Assembly: GCA_041690395.1 (NCBI GenBank)
Contig: JAWLHJ010000005.1
Location: 480,001-544,000 of the forward strand
Direction of reading: 5' to 3'
Length of the DNA stretch: 64,000 nucleotides
DNA from: Longimicrobiales bacterium
GTDB taxonomy: Bacteria; Gemmatimonadota; Gemmatimonadetes; Longimicrobiales; Gaopeijiaceae
This document shows positions 36,345 to 47,009 of this stretch, piece after piece. Position 1 is the stretch's first letter, and each line of letters begins with the position of its first letter. The position numbers were made by a program, and so were the translations under genes. The notes beneath the pieces were generated by a model, which saw only the letters and a list, made by a program, of their open reading frames with translations, searched no databases and was not told the origin of the DNA.

Positions 36345-38432
36345 ATGACGCAGCGCTCTCCCGAGCGGACCGCGCGCCGCATCGCCCTCTTCCTCTACGC
36401 GCCCGTCGCGGTGGGGTGGATCCTGGCGACCGACCTGCTGGTGGCGCTCTGGAGCGGCGGCATCGACGGAGCGACCCTGCTGAACATGGTCAAAGGGGCC
36501 GCCTTCGTGCTCGTCACGAGCCTGCTGCTCTACGTCCTCATCCGTCGGGAGCTGGCGTCCCGCGAGAAGGGCGACCGCGACCTCCGGACGCTGGCGGAGA
36601 ACGTCCCCGACATGATCTTCCGGCTCCGGATCCGGCCGGAGCCGCGCTTCGAGTACGTGAGCCCCTCTTCGGTCGACATCGGCGGGTACACTCCCCAGGA
36701 ATACTACGACGACGCGGCCGGCGTCCTCGGCACCGTCCATCCCGAGGACCGCGAGCGCCTGCAACAGCTCCTCACGGACGTCGATTCGGAGACCGAGGAC
36801 GCGGAGCTCCGCTGGCTCCACAAGGACGGCCACACGTTCTGGGGCGACATCCGGGTGACGAAGGAGCGCGACGCCGCGGGGCACGTCGTGCGCATCTCGG
36901 GGGTCCTGCGCGACGTGACGCGGCATCGCGAGAGCGAGCGCTTCCGGACGCTGTTGTCGTCCGCGCTGGAGGTGGCCGGCGAGTCGGTCATGATCACGGA
37001 CCGGGACGGGAAGATCGAGTACGTGAACCGGGCGTTCACCGAGATCACCGGTTACCTGCCGGACGACGTGCTCGGGCGGAATCCCAGCATCCTCAAGAGC
37101 GGCGAGCAGGATGCCGCGTTCTATGCGCAGATGTGGAGCACGATCACGTCCGGCCGAACGTTCCGGGGCGTGCTCGTGAACCGCAGGATCGACGGACGGC
37201 TCTTCGAGCAGGCCACCTCCATCACGCCCGTGCGTGGCGAGGATGGCCCGATCGAGCACTTCATCGCCGTGGCCCGGGACATCACGGTCCAGCGTGCGTT
37301 GGAGCGCCGCTTGCGCTTCACCGAGAAGATGGACGCCGTCGGCCAGCTGGCGGCGGGCGTGGCGCACGACTTCCGGAACCTACTGAACGTGGTCCTGGTG
37401 AACGCCGAGCTGTTGCGGGATGACGATGCGTTGGCGGCCGGGCGCGGTGAGCTGGACGAGATCCTGACGGCGACGAAGCGGGGAGCGGATCTCGTCGGTC
37501 GCCTCCTCAGGGTGGCGCGCCAACCCGAGGTGAATTTGCGTCGTGCCGATCTCGGGGCGCTCGTCGGTGAGATGCACGGGATGCTACGTGCGATGCTGCT
37601 CGACTCCATCGACCTGGAGATACGGCGGGGTGAGGAGACCTACACCGTCGACGTCGATCCCGACCTGATCCAGGACGCCCTGCTCAACCTCGTGGCGAAC
37701 TCGGGTCAGGCGATGCCGGACGGCGGGCGCATCGTCGTGGACATCCGTGGTGACTCCGACGGCCCGGATGTGTGGATCGAGGTCCGGGACGACGGGCTCG
37801 GGATGGACGCCGGTACGCTGTCGAGGATCTTCGACCCGTTCTTCACCACGAAGGAGCACGGCACCGGCCTCGGGCTGCCCATGGTCAAGGGAATCGTGGA
37901 ACGACATGGAGGCCTTCTCGACGTGACCAGCGTGCGCGGCGAGGGCACGACCGTGGCGATCCGCCTCCCGAGGTCGACCGGAGCCGACGACCTCGGGCTC
38001 GAGGGGCCGCAGCCGGGTGCGGAGGGTACGGCTTCCGGGGAAGAGGCCCGAGCGGAAGGCCGGCTGCTTCTGGTCGAGGACGACGAGCGCCTGCGGAAGG
38101 CCGCGCATCGCGCCCTCACCCGCCTCGGCTACGATGTCACGACGGCCGAGGACGGGGCCGCGGCGCTCGAGCGGATCGCGGCGGACCCGTCAGCGTGGGA
38201 CCTCGTCATCTCCGACCTCGTGATGCCGCGCATGGGTGGCGACGAGCTGTACGACACCCTGCAGGAGCGGGGGTGGACCGTGCCGTTCCTGTTCATGAGC
38301 GGCCACCCGCCCGAGGCCGTGTCCGAAGGCGAGGGGAGAGGCGCCTACGCCTTCCTGGAGAAGCCCTGGACCCTCGAGACGTTGCGCCAACGGGTGGGAG
38401 ACGCGCTCGACGCCGAGCGGCGGAGCGCCTGA
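36345..38432 (+). CDS. Membrane-anchored PAS hybrid histidine kinase
   Basis: Two TM helices, two PAS, EKMDAVGQLAAGVAHDFRNLL, FFTTKEHGTGLGL, C-terminal REC. Confidence 0.9.
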   Translation: MTQRSPERTARRIALFLYAPVAVGWILATDLLVALWSGGIDGATLLNMVKGAAFVLVTSLLLYVLIRRELASREKGDRDLRTLAENVPDMIFRLRIRPEPRFEYVSPSSVDIGGYTPQEYYDDAAGVLGTVHPEDRERLQQLLTDVDSETEDAELRWLHKDGHTFWGDIRVTKERDAAGHVVRISGVLRDVTRHRESERFRTLLSSALEVAGESVMITDRDGKIEYVNRAFTEITGYLPDDVLGRNPSILKSGEQDAAFYAQMWSTITSGRTFRGVLVNRRIDGRLFEQATSITPVRGEDGPIEHFIAVARDITVQRALERRLRFTEKMDAVGQLAAGVAHDFRNLLNVVLVNAELLRDDDALAAGRGELDEILTATKRGADLVGRLLRVARQPEVNLRRADLGALVGEMHGMLRAMLLDSIDLEIRRGEETYTVDVDPDLIQDALLNLVANSGQAMPDGGRIVVDIRGDSDGPDVWIEVRDDGLGMDAGTLSRIFDPFFTTKEHGTGLGLPMVKGIVERHGGLLDVTSVRGEGTTVAIRLPRSTGADDLGLEGPQPGAEGTASGEEARAEGRLLLVEDDERLRKAAHRALTRLGYDVTTAEDGAAALERIAADPSAWDLVISDLVMPRMGGDELYDTLQERGWTVPFLFMSGHPPEAVSEGEGRGAYAFLEKPWTLETLRQRVGDALDAERRSA

Positions 38433-38446
38433 GCGCGGGAACGCCG

Positions 38447-38478
38447 GAGGGGCCCGAGCCGCCTGGCCCGGGCCCCTC
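38447..38478. terminator. GC hairpin between convergent genes
   Basis: GAGGGGCCCG...CGGGCCCCTC 10-bp stem with extra inner pairing. Confidence 0.5.
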
Positions 38479-38527
38479 GTCGTCCCTCTCGTGACCGGTC
38501 CGCGTCAGTTGTCGCGAACCGCGGTGA

Positions 38528-40153
38528 TCAGCGGCTTCCGTCCAGGATCTGAGCCGTCAGCGGCGTCGGCGTCATGATCTTGTAGATCGGAACGAGCGGT
38601 GGGCCCGGATCCTGATTCCCGAACCCGGCGGCCCAATCGGTACCGGGCCGGGGGAGCCAGGCGTCCATCCGGTTCCAGTAGATCACGTTGTCGTCCGTCT
38701 CGACCTCGAGCATGTGCGCGACGAGACGTCCGAGGTTCTGCCCGGTCGGCACGACGTACGTTCCGGCCGGGAAGCTCATCTCACGCGTCAGGACTTCCCC
38801 GACCTCGACGATCGTGACGGCCGCGTGGTTGTACTGCCGCTCGTGGGTGACGCTCCCGACCGTGTAGGCCTGAACGGTCACCTCGGCCGACTCGGTCAGC
38901 CGCTCCACCCGGATGCCCTGCTGGAGGAGCAGGTCGACCGCCGCCTCCGCGTCACGCGGGAGCACGTACGCCCACGGACGGTCGCGGAGCAACGTCGCGA
39001 CCGGCTTCTTCAGGATGCGCGCGTTCGTCACCTGGATCGTATCCAGCCCGCCGTTCGTCTCCTCGACCAGCAGATAGTCGACGGTGTAGTCCTCGTGCTC
39101 GTAGTCCTGACGCACGGCGACCTGGCCGGAAGGCCGGGCGCCCATCTCGACCGTCTCCCGGTTGGCGCGTGCGACCACGTCCATGAGCCGGTCCGGGTTG
39201 CGAGCCGCCCAGTCGACCACCGCGAGGTAGCCCAGGTAGCCTGCCCGCGCGCCCGTCTCCAACTCCTGCCGTGGCGCCTCGAAGAGGATCCCGACGCTGT
39301 TGATCAGCCCGCCGTAGTTGCGGCCGATCCGTGCCTGCCACCCACCGACCCGCCACTCCTCGCGGTCGCCGCCCGTGTAGAACCAACCGAGCATGTCCTC
39401 GCTCTCGAGCATGGCGTCGATCGCGGGGAAGATCTCCTGATCGCACATGCCGGTGATCTCCTGCATGGCGGAGAAGATGCTCGGGCACTGGTAGTTCAGG
39501 TTGTACGGGCGGGAGCCGCCGTTGTGGCCGTCGACGAAGAGGTGCGGACGCCATGCGCCGATGATGTTCTCGACGTAGCTGGCGATCGACGGGTGCTCGA
39601 GCTTGATGTAGTCACGGTTCAGGTCGATGCCCCAGGCGTTGCCGCGCTGACCGTCGAAGCTCGCCTCGAAGCCGTCGGGGTTGATCTGGGGCGCGACCAC
39701 GACCGTCACATCGTCCAGGAGCTCATAGGCGCGCGTGCCCGGCGTGGCGAAGTCCCGCATCAGGACGAGAAGTCCCTCCCGGAATGTGCGCTCGCCGCCG
39801 TGCACGTTGGCCGCGAGCACGAGCACGGGGCGGTCGAGCGCCATGGCCTCCCACGGCTCGGTGACCAGCGGGTTGCCGAAGACCGCGTACGCGAGCTTCC
39901 GCCCCTCCCGCGTCTCGCCGTACGTGCCGAGCGTCATGTTCGGAGCCACTCCGCTCAGCGCCTCGAGGTAATCCCACATCTCGAGATGACGGGTGTGCGC
40001 CGAGAAGCCGTTCAGCTCCGCCGCCGTCTGTGGGTAGCCGGGCGCCGGAGACGTCCAGGTGACCTGAGCGGGAGCGGATGTCGCATATGTGAGCGTCATG
40101 GCGAGGACGAGAGCGAGTGTCCCGACCGCGCCACCGGGTCGTGTGGAGCGCAT
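38528..40153 (-). CDS. M14 family zinc carboxypeptidase, secreted
   Basis: NVHGGERTFRE (HxxE), NPDG, DLNRDY, DGHNG; signal peptide ending APAQ. Confidence 0.87.
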   Translation of the reverse strand: MRSTRPGGAVGTLALVLAMTLTYATSAPAQVTWTSPAPGYPQTAAELNGFSAHTRHLEMWDYLEALSGVAPNMTLGTYGETREGRKLAYAVFGNPLVTEPWEAMALDRPVLVLAANVHGGERTFREGLLVLMRDFATPGTRAYELLDDVTVVVAPQINPDGFEASFDGQRGNAWGIDLNRDYIKLEHPSIASYVENIIGAWRPHLFVDGHNGGSRPYNLNYQCPSIFSAMQEITGMCDQEIFPAIDAMLESEDMLGWFYTGGDREEWRVGGWQARIGRNYGGLINSVGILFEAPRQELETGARAGYLGYLAVVDWAARNPDRLMDVVARANRETVEMGARPSGQVAVRQDYEHEDYTVDYLLVEETNGGLDTIQVTNARILKKPVATLLRDRPWAYVLPRDAEAAVDLLLQQGIRVERLTESAEVTVQAYTVGSVTHERQYNHAAVTIVEVGEVLTREMSFPAGTYVVPTGQNLGRLVAHMLEVETDDNVIYWNRMDAWLPRPGTDWAAGFGNQDPGPPLVPIYKIMTPTPLTAQILDGSR

Positions 40154-40322
40154 GCCGTGCTTCTCCGTGCGTGAAGGTGAGATCGGCTCGCAAGGTAGGC
40201 TGCGGACACGGGCCGCGTAAGGCCGACTGCGGCGGAGGGTAGGGCCGGGAGCGCCATTCCGGCAGCCTGCTATCTTCCTGGACCGATATCGACTACGACG
40301 CACCCTTCAAGGACGGCAGCGC

Positions 40323-41300
40323 ATGGACGGAGCGATCATCGTACGGAGGCACGGAGGGCCCGAGGTCCTCGAGTGGACGAGCGACGACCCGGGAGCCCCG
40401 GGACCCGGCGAGGTGCTGGTCCGACACACGGCGGTGGGCCTCAACTTCATCGACGTGTACCACCGCACCGGTCTGTACATGCTCGACCTCCCGTTCATCC
40501 CAGGTAGCGAAGGGGCCGGAGTTGTGGAGCGACTCGGCCCCGACGTGGACGGGCTCGAGGTCGGCGACCGGGTGGCCTACACGTCCAACGGGCCGGAGGG
40601 AGCGTACCGCGAGGGGCGGGTGCTGCCGGCCGAGCGCCTGGTGAAGCTGCCGGACGGCATCGACGACGAGACCGCCGCGGCCGTCATGGTGAAGGGGTGC
40701 ACCGTGGAGTATCTGGTCCGGCGCACCTGGCCCGTGAAGGAGGGCGACGTCGTGCTCCTCCATGCGGCCGCGGGCGGCGTGGGGCTCCTGGCGACCCAGT
40801 GGCTGGCCGCCCTCGGCGCCACGGTGATCGGCACGGTCGGTACCGAGGAGAAGGCGCGCCTCGCCGAGGAACAGGGGTGCGCGCATACGATCCTGTACCG
40901 GAGCGAGTCCGTTCCCGAGCGGGTTCGGGAGCTGACCGACGGCCGCGGCGTGGATGTCGTCTACGACTCGGTCGGGAAGGACACCTGGGAAGGCTCGATC
41001 GACTCGCTCCGCCCCCGGGGCATGATGGTGACGTTCGGGAATGCCTCAGGGCCGGTGCCGCCCTTCTCCCCGCTGGTGCTCGCGAAGAAGGGGTCACTGT
41101 TCGTCACGCGCCCCACGCTGCGTGACTACTACCGGACCCGTGAGGAGACGGCCGAGGGGTGCGCCGCGCTCTTCGACGTCATCCTCGCCGGGAAGGTCCG
41201 GCCGCACATCGGGGCGCGCTATCCTCTGAAGGAAGCGGCCGACGCGCACCGGGCGCTCGAGGCAAGGGAGACGGTGGGGTCGACGGTGCTTCTGACCTGA
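40323..41300 (+). CDS. qor: NADPH:quinone oxidoreductase (zeta-crystallin/MDR family)
   Basis: GLNFIDVYHRTGLY, HAAAGGVG, VVYDSVGKDT, FGNASG, SLFVTRPTL. Confidence 0.9.
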   Translation: MDGAIIVRRHGGPEVLEWTSDDPGAPGPGEVLVRHTAVGLNFIDVYHRTGLYMLDLPFIPGSEGAGVVERLGPDVDGLEVGDRVAYTSNGPEGAYREGRVLPAERLVKLPDGIDDETAAAVMVKGCTVEYLVRRTWPVKEGDVVLLHAAAGGVGLLATQWLAALGATVIGTVGTEEKARLAEEQGCAHTILYRSESVPERVRELTDGRGVDVVYDSVGKDTWEGSIDSLRPRGMMVTFGNASGPVPPFSPLVLAKKGSLFVTRPTLRDYYRTREETAEGCAALFDVILAGKVRPHIGARYPLKEAADAHRALEARETVGSTVLLT

Positions 41301-41377
41301 CCGCGGACGTCCCGACGGTGGAGCGGCCGGACCCGCGGGCTCGGCCGCTCCGCACCATCGGCACCTCGACCCGTGCT

Positions 41378-43804
41378 CTACTCGTGCCGGAGCGCGATGG
41401 CCGGGTCGGCCCGCGTTGCGCGCCGGGCCGGCACCAGGGTCGCCAGGACTCCGGTGGCCCCGAGGATCAGGACGATCGTCATGAACACGACCGGATCGTT
41501 GGGGCTCACCTCGAAGAGGGCTGTCTGTAGGGCCCGTGAAATGAGGACGGCCAGCCCGAGGCCGAGCGCGAGCCCGATGGCGAGCTGCTCTCCGCCCTGC
41601 CTCATGATCAGCGACAGGACCTGCTTGCGGGAGGCGCCGAGGGCCATCCGGATGCCGACTTCCGACGTCCTGCGGGCGACGCTGAAGGACATCACCCCGT
41701 AGAGGCCCACGGCGGCCAGGAACAGCGCCACGCCGCCGAACACCACGAAGAGGGTGCCGAACACGTTGTAGAACCACGTGCCTTCGCCGATGCGCTCGGT
41801 GAGGGTCTCCGAGTAGTAGATGGGGGTGTCGGCGTGCACGGACGTCACCGCCTGGCGCACGGACTCGGTCAGCGTCATCGGGTCCTCCGGGCCGCGCGCC
41901 AGCACGCTCATGAATTGGGCGTCGCTCTGCGCGATGGGCCGGTAGTACCCTGCCGGGTCGCCTTCGCGGTTGCCGACGCCTTCCATGAACAGGTCGGGCG
42001 CGACACCGACGATGGTAAGCCATCCCTCCGCGTCCTGTCCGCGATCGGCCCGGAAGCGGCGCCCGATCGGGCTCTCGCCGGGGAAGTACGTACGCGCGAA
42101 GCTCTGATTCACGATCGCCACCCGGTCGGACGACGCGTCGTCCAGTGGGGTGAAGTCGCGGCCTTCAACCAGCGACACGCCGGCGACGTCGAAGTAGCCG
42201 GGCGTGATCTCCCCGGACCGGGCGAACGGGTAGTCCCGCGTCTCCGTGTAGGTGACGCCTTCGATGGCGATGGGTGTCTGTCCGCCACCCCACCCGCCGG
42301 GCAGGATCGTTCCGAGCGCCGCCTGACGCACGCCGGGGATCTCCCGGACGCGGTCCTCGAGCTGGTCGTAGAAGGCGCGACGGTCCGTGACCTCGGGAAA
42401 GTCGGCCTCGAAGAGCCCGAGGCGGGTGGTGAACATCCGGTCGGTCTCGAACCCGTAGTCGTAGTCGCGAAGCGTCGCGATGCTCTTGGTCATCAGTCCG
42501 GCGGCCACAAGGAGTCCGACCGACATGGCGATCTCGCCCACGACCAGGATCTTGGACAGGCGCCCGATGCGGAGGCTCGAGGAGCCCCGGGACTCGTCCT
42601 TCAGGATCTCGCCCACGTCCATTCCGGATGCCTTCCAGGCCGGGATCCCTCCGGCGATCACCGCCGACAGCGTGGCCGCCCCGACGATGAAGAGGAGGAT
42701 GGGCGCGTCGACCGCGAAGTGCATGAAGAAGGGTGGGTTCGTGGGGGCCACGGCGCGGTCGAAGATGCCCACCCCGATCCAGGCGATCACGGCTCCGATC
42801 GCGGCGGCGACCATGGCGAGCGCGAGCGCCTCGACCACCAGCTGGGTGACGACGCGCCACCGGCTCGCGCCCAACGCCGTGCGCACCCCGACCTCCCGGG
42901 TGCGCTGCGCGGCCCGGGCCAGGAGCAGGTTCGCCACGTTGGCGCACGCGATGAGCAGCACGAGCGAGACGGCGGCGAGCATGGTGTAGAGCAGCGCGAC
43001 CGCCTCGGTCCCGATGGACTGCTCCGTGTAGGGGCGGATCACGGGAATCACGCCCTCGTTCGTCTCGGGGTACTCCTCGGCGAGTCGCGCGGCGATTCCG
43101 GTGAGCTCCAGCATCGCGGCGTCCACGTCACGACCCTCGGCCAGCGGCCCGAAGACGCTGAGCCAGGTGCCCTCGTTGCGGGGGATCTCGAGCGCGTTCA
43201 TCCGGAGCGGGACCCAGACGTCCTGTCGGTTCGGGAAGCCGAACGACTCGGGCATCACGCCGACGATCTCGGCCGCCTCGCCGTTGACCGTCACCGTCTG
43301 GCCGAGGGCTCCCGGGTCACCGCCGAACCGCTCCATCCAGAGCCGGTGCGAGAGGATGACCGTCCCGGGGGCGCCGGGCTCGTCCTCCGCCTCGGTGAAC
43401 GTGCGCCCGACGAGGGCGCTGGCGCCGAGCGCCTGGAAGGTGTTCGCGGTAACGAACGATCCGTCGTAGCGGGCGGGCTCGTCGCTCCAGCGGATGTTCA
43501 CCGTCCCGCCGTAGAGGGCGGCCAGGTGGGTGAAGGAGCTCTGCTGCTCCCGCCAGTCCAGATAGTCGTGGATGGACACGCCCATGTTCTCGGCGCCGAT
43601 GGACGGGTTCGCGCGCTGGACCGCCACGATGCGGTCGCCGTTCTCGAACGGGAGGCCCCGCAGGAGTGCCCCGTAGACGATGCTGAACATCACGGCCGTG
43701 AGCCCGATCCCGAGACCCAGAGCCATCACCGCGAGTCCCGATACCGCCGGATGCTTGAACAGCATCCGGAGCGCGTACCGGACGTCCATCGCCAATCCAC
43801 CCAT
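41378..43804 (-). CDS. Duplicated MacB/FtsX-type orphan ABC permease without prefix
   Basis: GGAGG RBS; DVRYALRML, LLIACANVANLLLAR, EVGIRMALGA, PARRATRADPAIALRHE. Confidence 0.9.
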   Translation of the reverse strand: MGGLAMDVRYALRMLFKHPAVSGLAVMALGLGIGLTAVMFSIVYGALLRGLPFENGDRIVAVQRANPSIGAENMGVSIHDYLDWREQQSSFTHLAALYGGTVNIRWSDEPARYDGSFVTANTFQALGASALVGRTFTEAEDEPGAPGTVILSHRLWMERFGGDPGALGQTVTVNGEAAEIVGVMPESFGFPNRQDVWVPLRMNALEIPRNEGTWLSVFGPLAEGRDVDAAMLELTGIAARLAEEYPETNEGVIPVIRPYTEQSIGTEAVALLYTMLAAVSLVLLIACANVANLLLARAAQRTREVGVRTALGASRWRVVTQLVVEALALAMVAAAIGAVIAWIGVGIFDRAVAPTNPPFFMHFAVDAPILLFIVGAATLSAVIAGGIPAWKASGMDVGEILKDESRGSSSLRIGRLSKILVVGEIAMSVGLLVAAGLMTKSIATLRDYDYGFETDRMFTTRLGLFEADFPEVTDRRAFYDQLEDRVREIPGVRQAALGTILPGGWGGGQTPIAIEGVTYTETRDYPFARSGEITPGYFDVAGVSLVEGRDFTPLDDASSDRVAIVNQSFARTYFPGESPIGRRFRADRGQDAEGWLTIVGVAPDLFMEGVGNREGDPAGYYRPIAQSDAQFMSVLARGPEDPMTLTESVRQAVTSVHADTPIYYSETLTERIGEGTWFYNVFGTLFVVFGGVALFLAAVGLYGVMSFSVARRTSEVGIRMALGASRKQVLSLIMRQGGEQLAIGLALGLGLAVLISRALQTALFEVSPNDPVVFMTIVLILGATGVLATLVPARRATRADPAIALRHE

Positions 43805-43924
43805 GTCGCCTCCCCCCTCGAGCGGCCGGCGCCCGTGCGCCGCCTCGTCCATTCACGACCGACGGAGGGCCCTACGGAGTGGTGGGCGGGGTGGTTTCGG
43901 GGACCCGGCGCCGGGCGGGCCGGC

Positions 43925-44281
43925 TCAGCCCTTCAGCTCGTCCTTCAGCGCGCTACCCAGGAAGAGCGTCACGAGCGACACGACGAGGCTGCCCAGGAGC
44001 GCCGCTCCGAAGCCCGATACGCTCATCGCGTCGGTCAGCCGTGCCGTGAGCATGAGCACGAGCGCGTTCACGACGAACGCGAACAACCCCAGCGTCACGA
44101 TCAGGAACGGCAACGAGAAGAAGAGCAGGATCGGCTTCAGCAGCGCGTTCAGGAGGCCGAAGATCAGCGCCACCAGGAGCACGTCGAAGAAGCCGCCCGA
44201 GAGCGAGATGCCGTCGAGGAGCCAGGCGGCCGCCGAGAGGGCGAGCGCGTTGACGATCAGCCGGATGAGGAAGTTTCGCAT
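43925..44281 (-). CDS. Four-TM 'phage holin family' (YvlD-like) membrane protein
   Basis: LIRLIVNALAL...FGLLNALLKPIL...TLGLFAFVVNA...GFGAALLGSLVVS. Confidence 0.85.
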   Translation of the reverse strand: MRNFLIRLIVNALALSAAAWLLDGISLSGGFFDVLLVALIFGLLNALLKPILLFFSLPFLIVTLGLFAFVVNALVLMLTARLTDAMSVSGFGAALLGSLVVSLVTLFLGSALKDELKG

Positions 44282-44294
44282 GGGTGGAATCCTA

Positions 44295-46808
44295 CTACTC
44301 GTACCTGAGCGCGTCCATCGGATCGACCCGGGAGGCGCGCTGGGCCGGGATGAACGCCGCGCCGAGCGCGATCGCCGACAGGAGCACCGCGACGCCGACG
44401 AGCACGACCGGGTCGAACCCGCCGACTCCGAACAACAGGGACTGGGCAGCCCGCCCGAGCGCCACCGCAAGGGCGATTCCGACCACACCGCCCACCAGGA
44501 GCATGCGGGTCATCTGCGCGACGATCATCTTCCGGACCCGGGCCCGGCCGGCCCCTAGGGCCATGCGGAGCCCGATCTCGCGTGTCCGCTGCGCGACGGT
44601 GTACGCCAGCACGCCGTAGAGGCCGACGGCGGCCAGCGTCGTGGCCAGCGCCGCGAAGGCCGCGGACAGCGTCGAGATGATCCGGTCGAGGAAGACGTTG
44701 TCTCGTACCTGCGCCTCGAGCGTCTTCAGCTCCTCCACCGGAAGGTTCCCGTCGACGCGGGCAACGACCCCGGGGATCTGGGACAGCAGCGTGCTGGGCT
44801 CCACCGCCGTCCGCGCATAGAAGGTCATGAACCCCATGCTCTCGGCCTGCCGGTAGGGCGTGTAGAAGACCGGCGGCGTCTCGTCCTTCACGTCGGCGTA
44901 CTTCGCATCCTGAATGACCCCGACGATCTGAACGTCGAGCTCCGTCTCACCGCTGCCACCCGTCGCCATGTATTTCCCGACCGCCTGGGCACCATCGAGA
45001 TTGAACTTTCGTGTGAACGCCTCGTTCACCACCGCGACCAGCGGGGCCCCGTCCGCGTCGGCCACGTCGAACTCGCGTCCCGCGACGAGCGCGATGCCCA
45101 GCGTGCTGAAATACCCCGGCCCGACCCGGTTCAAGCGCGCGTTCGAATCGATGTCGGGGCCGGACTCGAAGCCTTCGACGGACACGTCGGTCCCCCAGCT
45201 GCTTCCCGCCATGATCGCGACCATGCCCGCTGAGACGCCGGTCACGCCGGGCAGTGCGGCGAGTTCCTCCTCGATACCGCGCAGGATCTGCATGTTACGC
45301 GCGTCGTCGTATCCGTTGAGCGTCGGCGCGACCTGGAAGGTCACCACCTCGCCGGCATCGGCGACCCCCAGGTCGATCCGACTCACGTTGGAGAGGCTGC
45401 GGACGAAAAGCCCCGCGGGGACGAGGAGCGCCGTCGACAGGGCGATCTGCGCTGTGACCAGCGTGCGCCGGAAGCGGGCGGCTCCGCGCGCGCCTGAAGG
45501 CTGGCCGGAGCCCGCCTTCAGGATGCTCTGCAGGTCGGGCCGCGAGTTGGTGATCGCGGGATACAGGCCGAACAGGACGCCCGTCCCGATCGAGAGCACG
45601 GCCGCGAACAACAGGACGCGCGGGTCGAGCGCCAGGCTCAGGTTGCTGGACGCCTCGGGCGGCAGGATCGAGGCAATGAAGCGGAGCGTCCAGCGCGCCA
45701 CGACCAGGCTCGCCAGGCCGCCCAGCGCGGCCAACAGCACCGACTCGGTGAGGAGCTGCCGCATGAGCTGGCCGCGGCCGGCTCCTAGTGAGCCGCGGAT
45801 GGCCATCTCCTGGCTGCGTCCGGCGCCCCGTGCGAGCAGCAAGTTCGCGATGTTCGCGCAGGCGATGAGGAGCACGACCCCGGTGACCGCGAAGAGGATC
45901 GCGAGAGGGGTGCGCACCTCGGCGTGGATCGAGCTTTGGCCGCGGTAGCCGGGCTCCAGTCCCAGGCGCTTCTGCCGGAAGCGCTCCAGCGTCTCGGCGC
46001 TCATTCCCTCCTGGAGGGGCGCCTCTACTTCGTTCACGATCGACGCGTACACCGTGTTGATCTCGGAATCTGCGCGCTCGATCGTCACGCCCGGAGCCAT
46101 CCGGCCGAAGACGTACGCCCAGTAGCTGCGCCGGTTGTCGAAGCCGGCGTCGTCGAAGTAGCTCTCGAGCACGCCCCTCATGCTCAGCGGGACGTACACG
46201 TCGGGGTCGCCGCCGAGCGTGGTGCCGCCGAAACCGCTCGGCGCGACCCCGACGACGGTCAGCGACTGACCGTTCACCGTGATGGACTGGTTCAAAACGG
46301 CTGGGTCGCCGCCCAGCCGATTCTGCCAGTAGTCGTGGCTGAGCACGGTCACGAAATGCCCGCCGATCACCTCATCGTCTCCCGGCCCGAGCAGCCTCCC
46401 GAGCGCCGGCTGGACGCCGAGGACGGGGAAGTAGGAGCCGGACACCAGCAAGCCCTCGCCGCTCTGGGTTTCACCCGTACGCGCCAGATTGACCGGGAAG
46501 AGCCTGTGGGCCGCGAGCCCCGAGAACGCCCCCCGTGCTTCTTCGAGGTCGCGGAACATCGGATAGCTGAAGACGGCGTCGCAGTCGCCCGCCTGGTTGC
46601 ACGACTGCGAGCCCGGTTTGGGCCCCGGCGCGCTCAGGTTCACCAGCCGGTCCGGCTCCTGCACGGGGAGCGCGCGGAGCAGCATCTCGTCGAACATCGA
46701 GAAGATGGCGGCGTTCGCCCCGATCCCGAGGGCCAGGGAGAGCACGGCCACGGCCGTGACGAACGGGGACTTGGCGAGGGCTCGGACGGCGAGCTTCAGA
46801 CCGGACAT
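44295..46808 (-). CDS. Duplicated MacB/FtsX-type orphan ABC permease without prefix
   Basis: LSLALGIGANAAIFS, LLIACANIANLLLAR, TREIGLRMALGA, PAQRASRVDPMDALRYE; GGAG RBS before ATG 46808. Confidence 0.9.
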   Translation of the reverse strand: MSGLKLAVRALAKSPFVTAVAVLSLALGIGANAAIFSMFDEMLLRALPVQEPDRLVNLSAPGPKPGSQSCNQAGDCDAVFSYPMFRDLEEARGAFSGLAAHRLFPVNLARTGETQSGEGLLVSGSYFPVLGVQPALGRLLGPGDDEVIGGHFVTVLSHDYWQNRLGGDPAVLNQSITVNGQSLTVVGVAPSGFGGTTLGGDPDVYVPLSMRGVLESYFDDAGFDNRRSYWAYVFGRMAPGVTIERADSEINTVYASIVNEVEAPLQEGMSAETLERFRQKRLGLEPGYRGQSSIHAEVRTPLAILFAVTGVVLLIACANIANLLLARGAGRSQEMAIRGSLGAGRGQLMRQLLTESVLLAALGGLASLVVARWTLRFIASILPPEASSNLSLALDPRVLLFAAVLSIGTGVLFGLYPAITNSRPDLQSILKAGSGQPSGARGAARFRRTLVTAQIALSTALLVPAGLFVRSLSNVSRIDLGVADAGEVVTFQVAPTLNGYDDARNMQILRGIEEELAALPGVTGVSAGMVAIMAGSSWGTDVSVEGFESGPDIDSNARLNRVGPGYFSTLGIALVAGREFDVADADGAPLVAVVNEAFTRKFNLDGAQAVGKYMATGGSGETELDVQIVGVIQDAKYADVKDETPPVFYTPYRQAESMGFMTFYARTAVEPSTLLSQIPGVVARVDGNLPVEELKTLEAQVRDNVFLDRIISTLSAAFAALATTLAAVGLYGVLAYTVAQRTREIGLRMALGAGRARVRKMIVAQMTRMLLVGGVVGIALAVALGRAAQSLLFGVGGFDPVVLVGVAVLLSAIALGAAFIPAQRASRVDPMDALRYE

Positions 46809-46933
46809 GAGGTGGCTCCACTGATCGACGCGGCATGCGCCGTGACTCGAGGACGACGGCCGCGTCACCCACCGGACGGTCCCGTGGGTCGCGACACACC
46901 ACCTATGACGAGTGCCGGACCCGATCGGTTGCA

Positions 46934-46973
46934 GAAAGGGCCGGAGCGCCGGTCGCAACCAGCGCTCCGGCCC
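46934..46973 (-). terminator. Intrinsic terminator of the dap operon
   Basis: Minus strand GGGCCGGAGCGC...GCGCTCCGGCCC stem followed by TTTC, just after the dapD stop. Confidence 0.65.
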
Positions 46974-47009
46974 GATGCCGGTAGCGTCCTTCCGGCGGGA
47001 ATGCGCCTC

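Noticed and set aside
43805..43852. Prefix domain on the fourth permease (and the 50-codon upstream extension of the fifth, 46809-46958)
   Set aside because: The fourth has only 16 extra codons bounded by an in-frame stop. The fifth's extension runs through the dap terminator and lacks an RBS. Both have good RBS-ATG starts at the core.
43925..44281. 'Phage holin family' gene as a sign of a prophage
   Set aside because: This four-TM family is common in chromosomes, and there are no endolysin, structural or integrase genes nearby.
41834..44308. Long antisense or alternate-frame ORFs (e.g. 41834-44308 +, 45924-48083 +, 50760-53027 +, 452-2167 +, 31970-34183 -)
   Set aside because: These are shadow ORFs expected at very high GC. 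They overlap well-supported genes and have no recognisable motifs.
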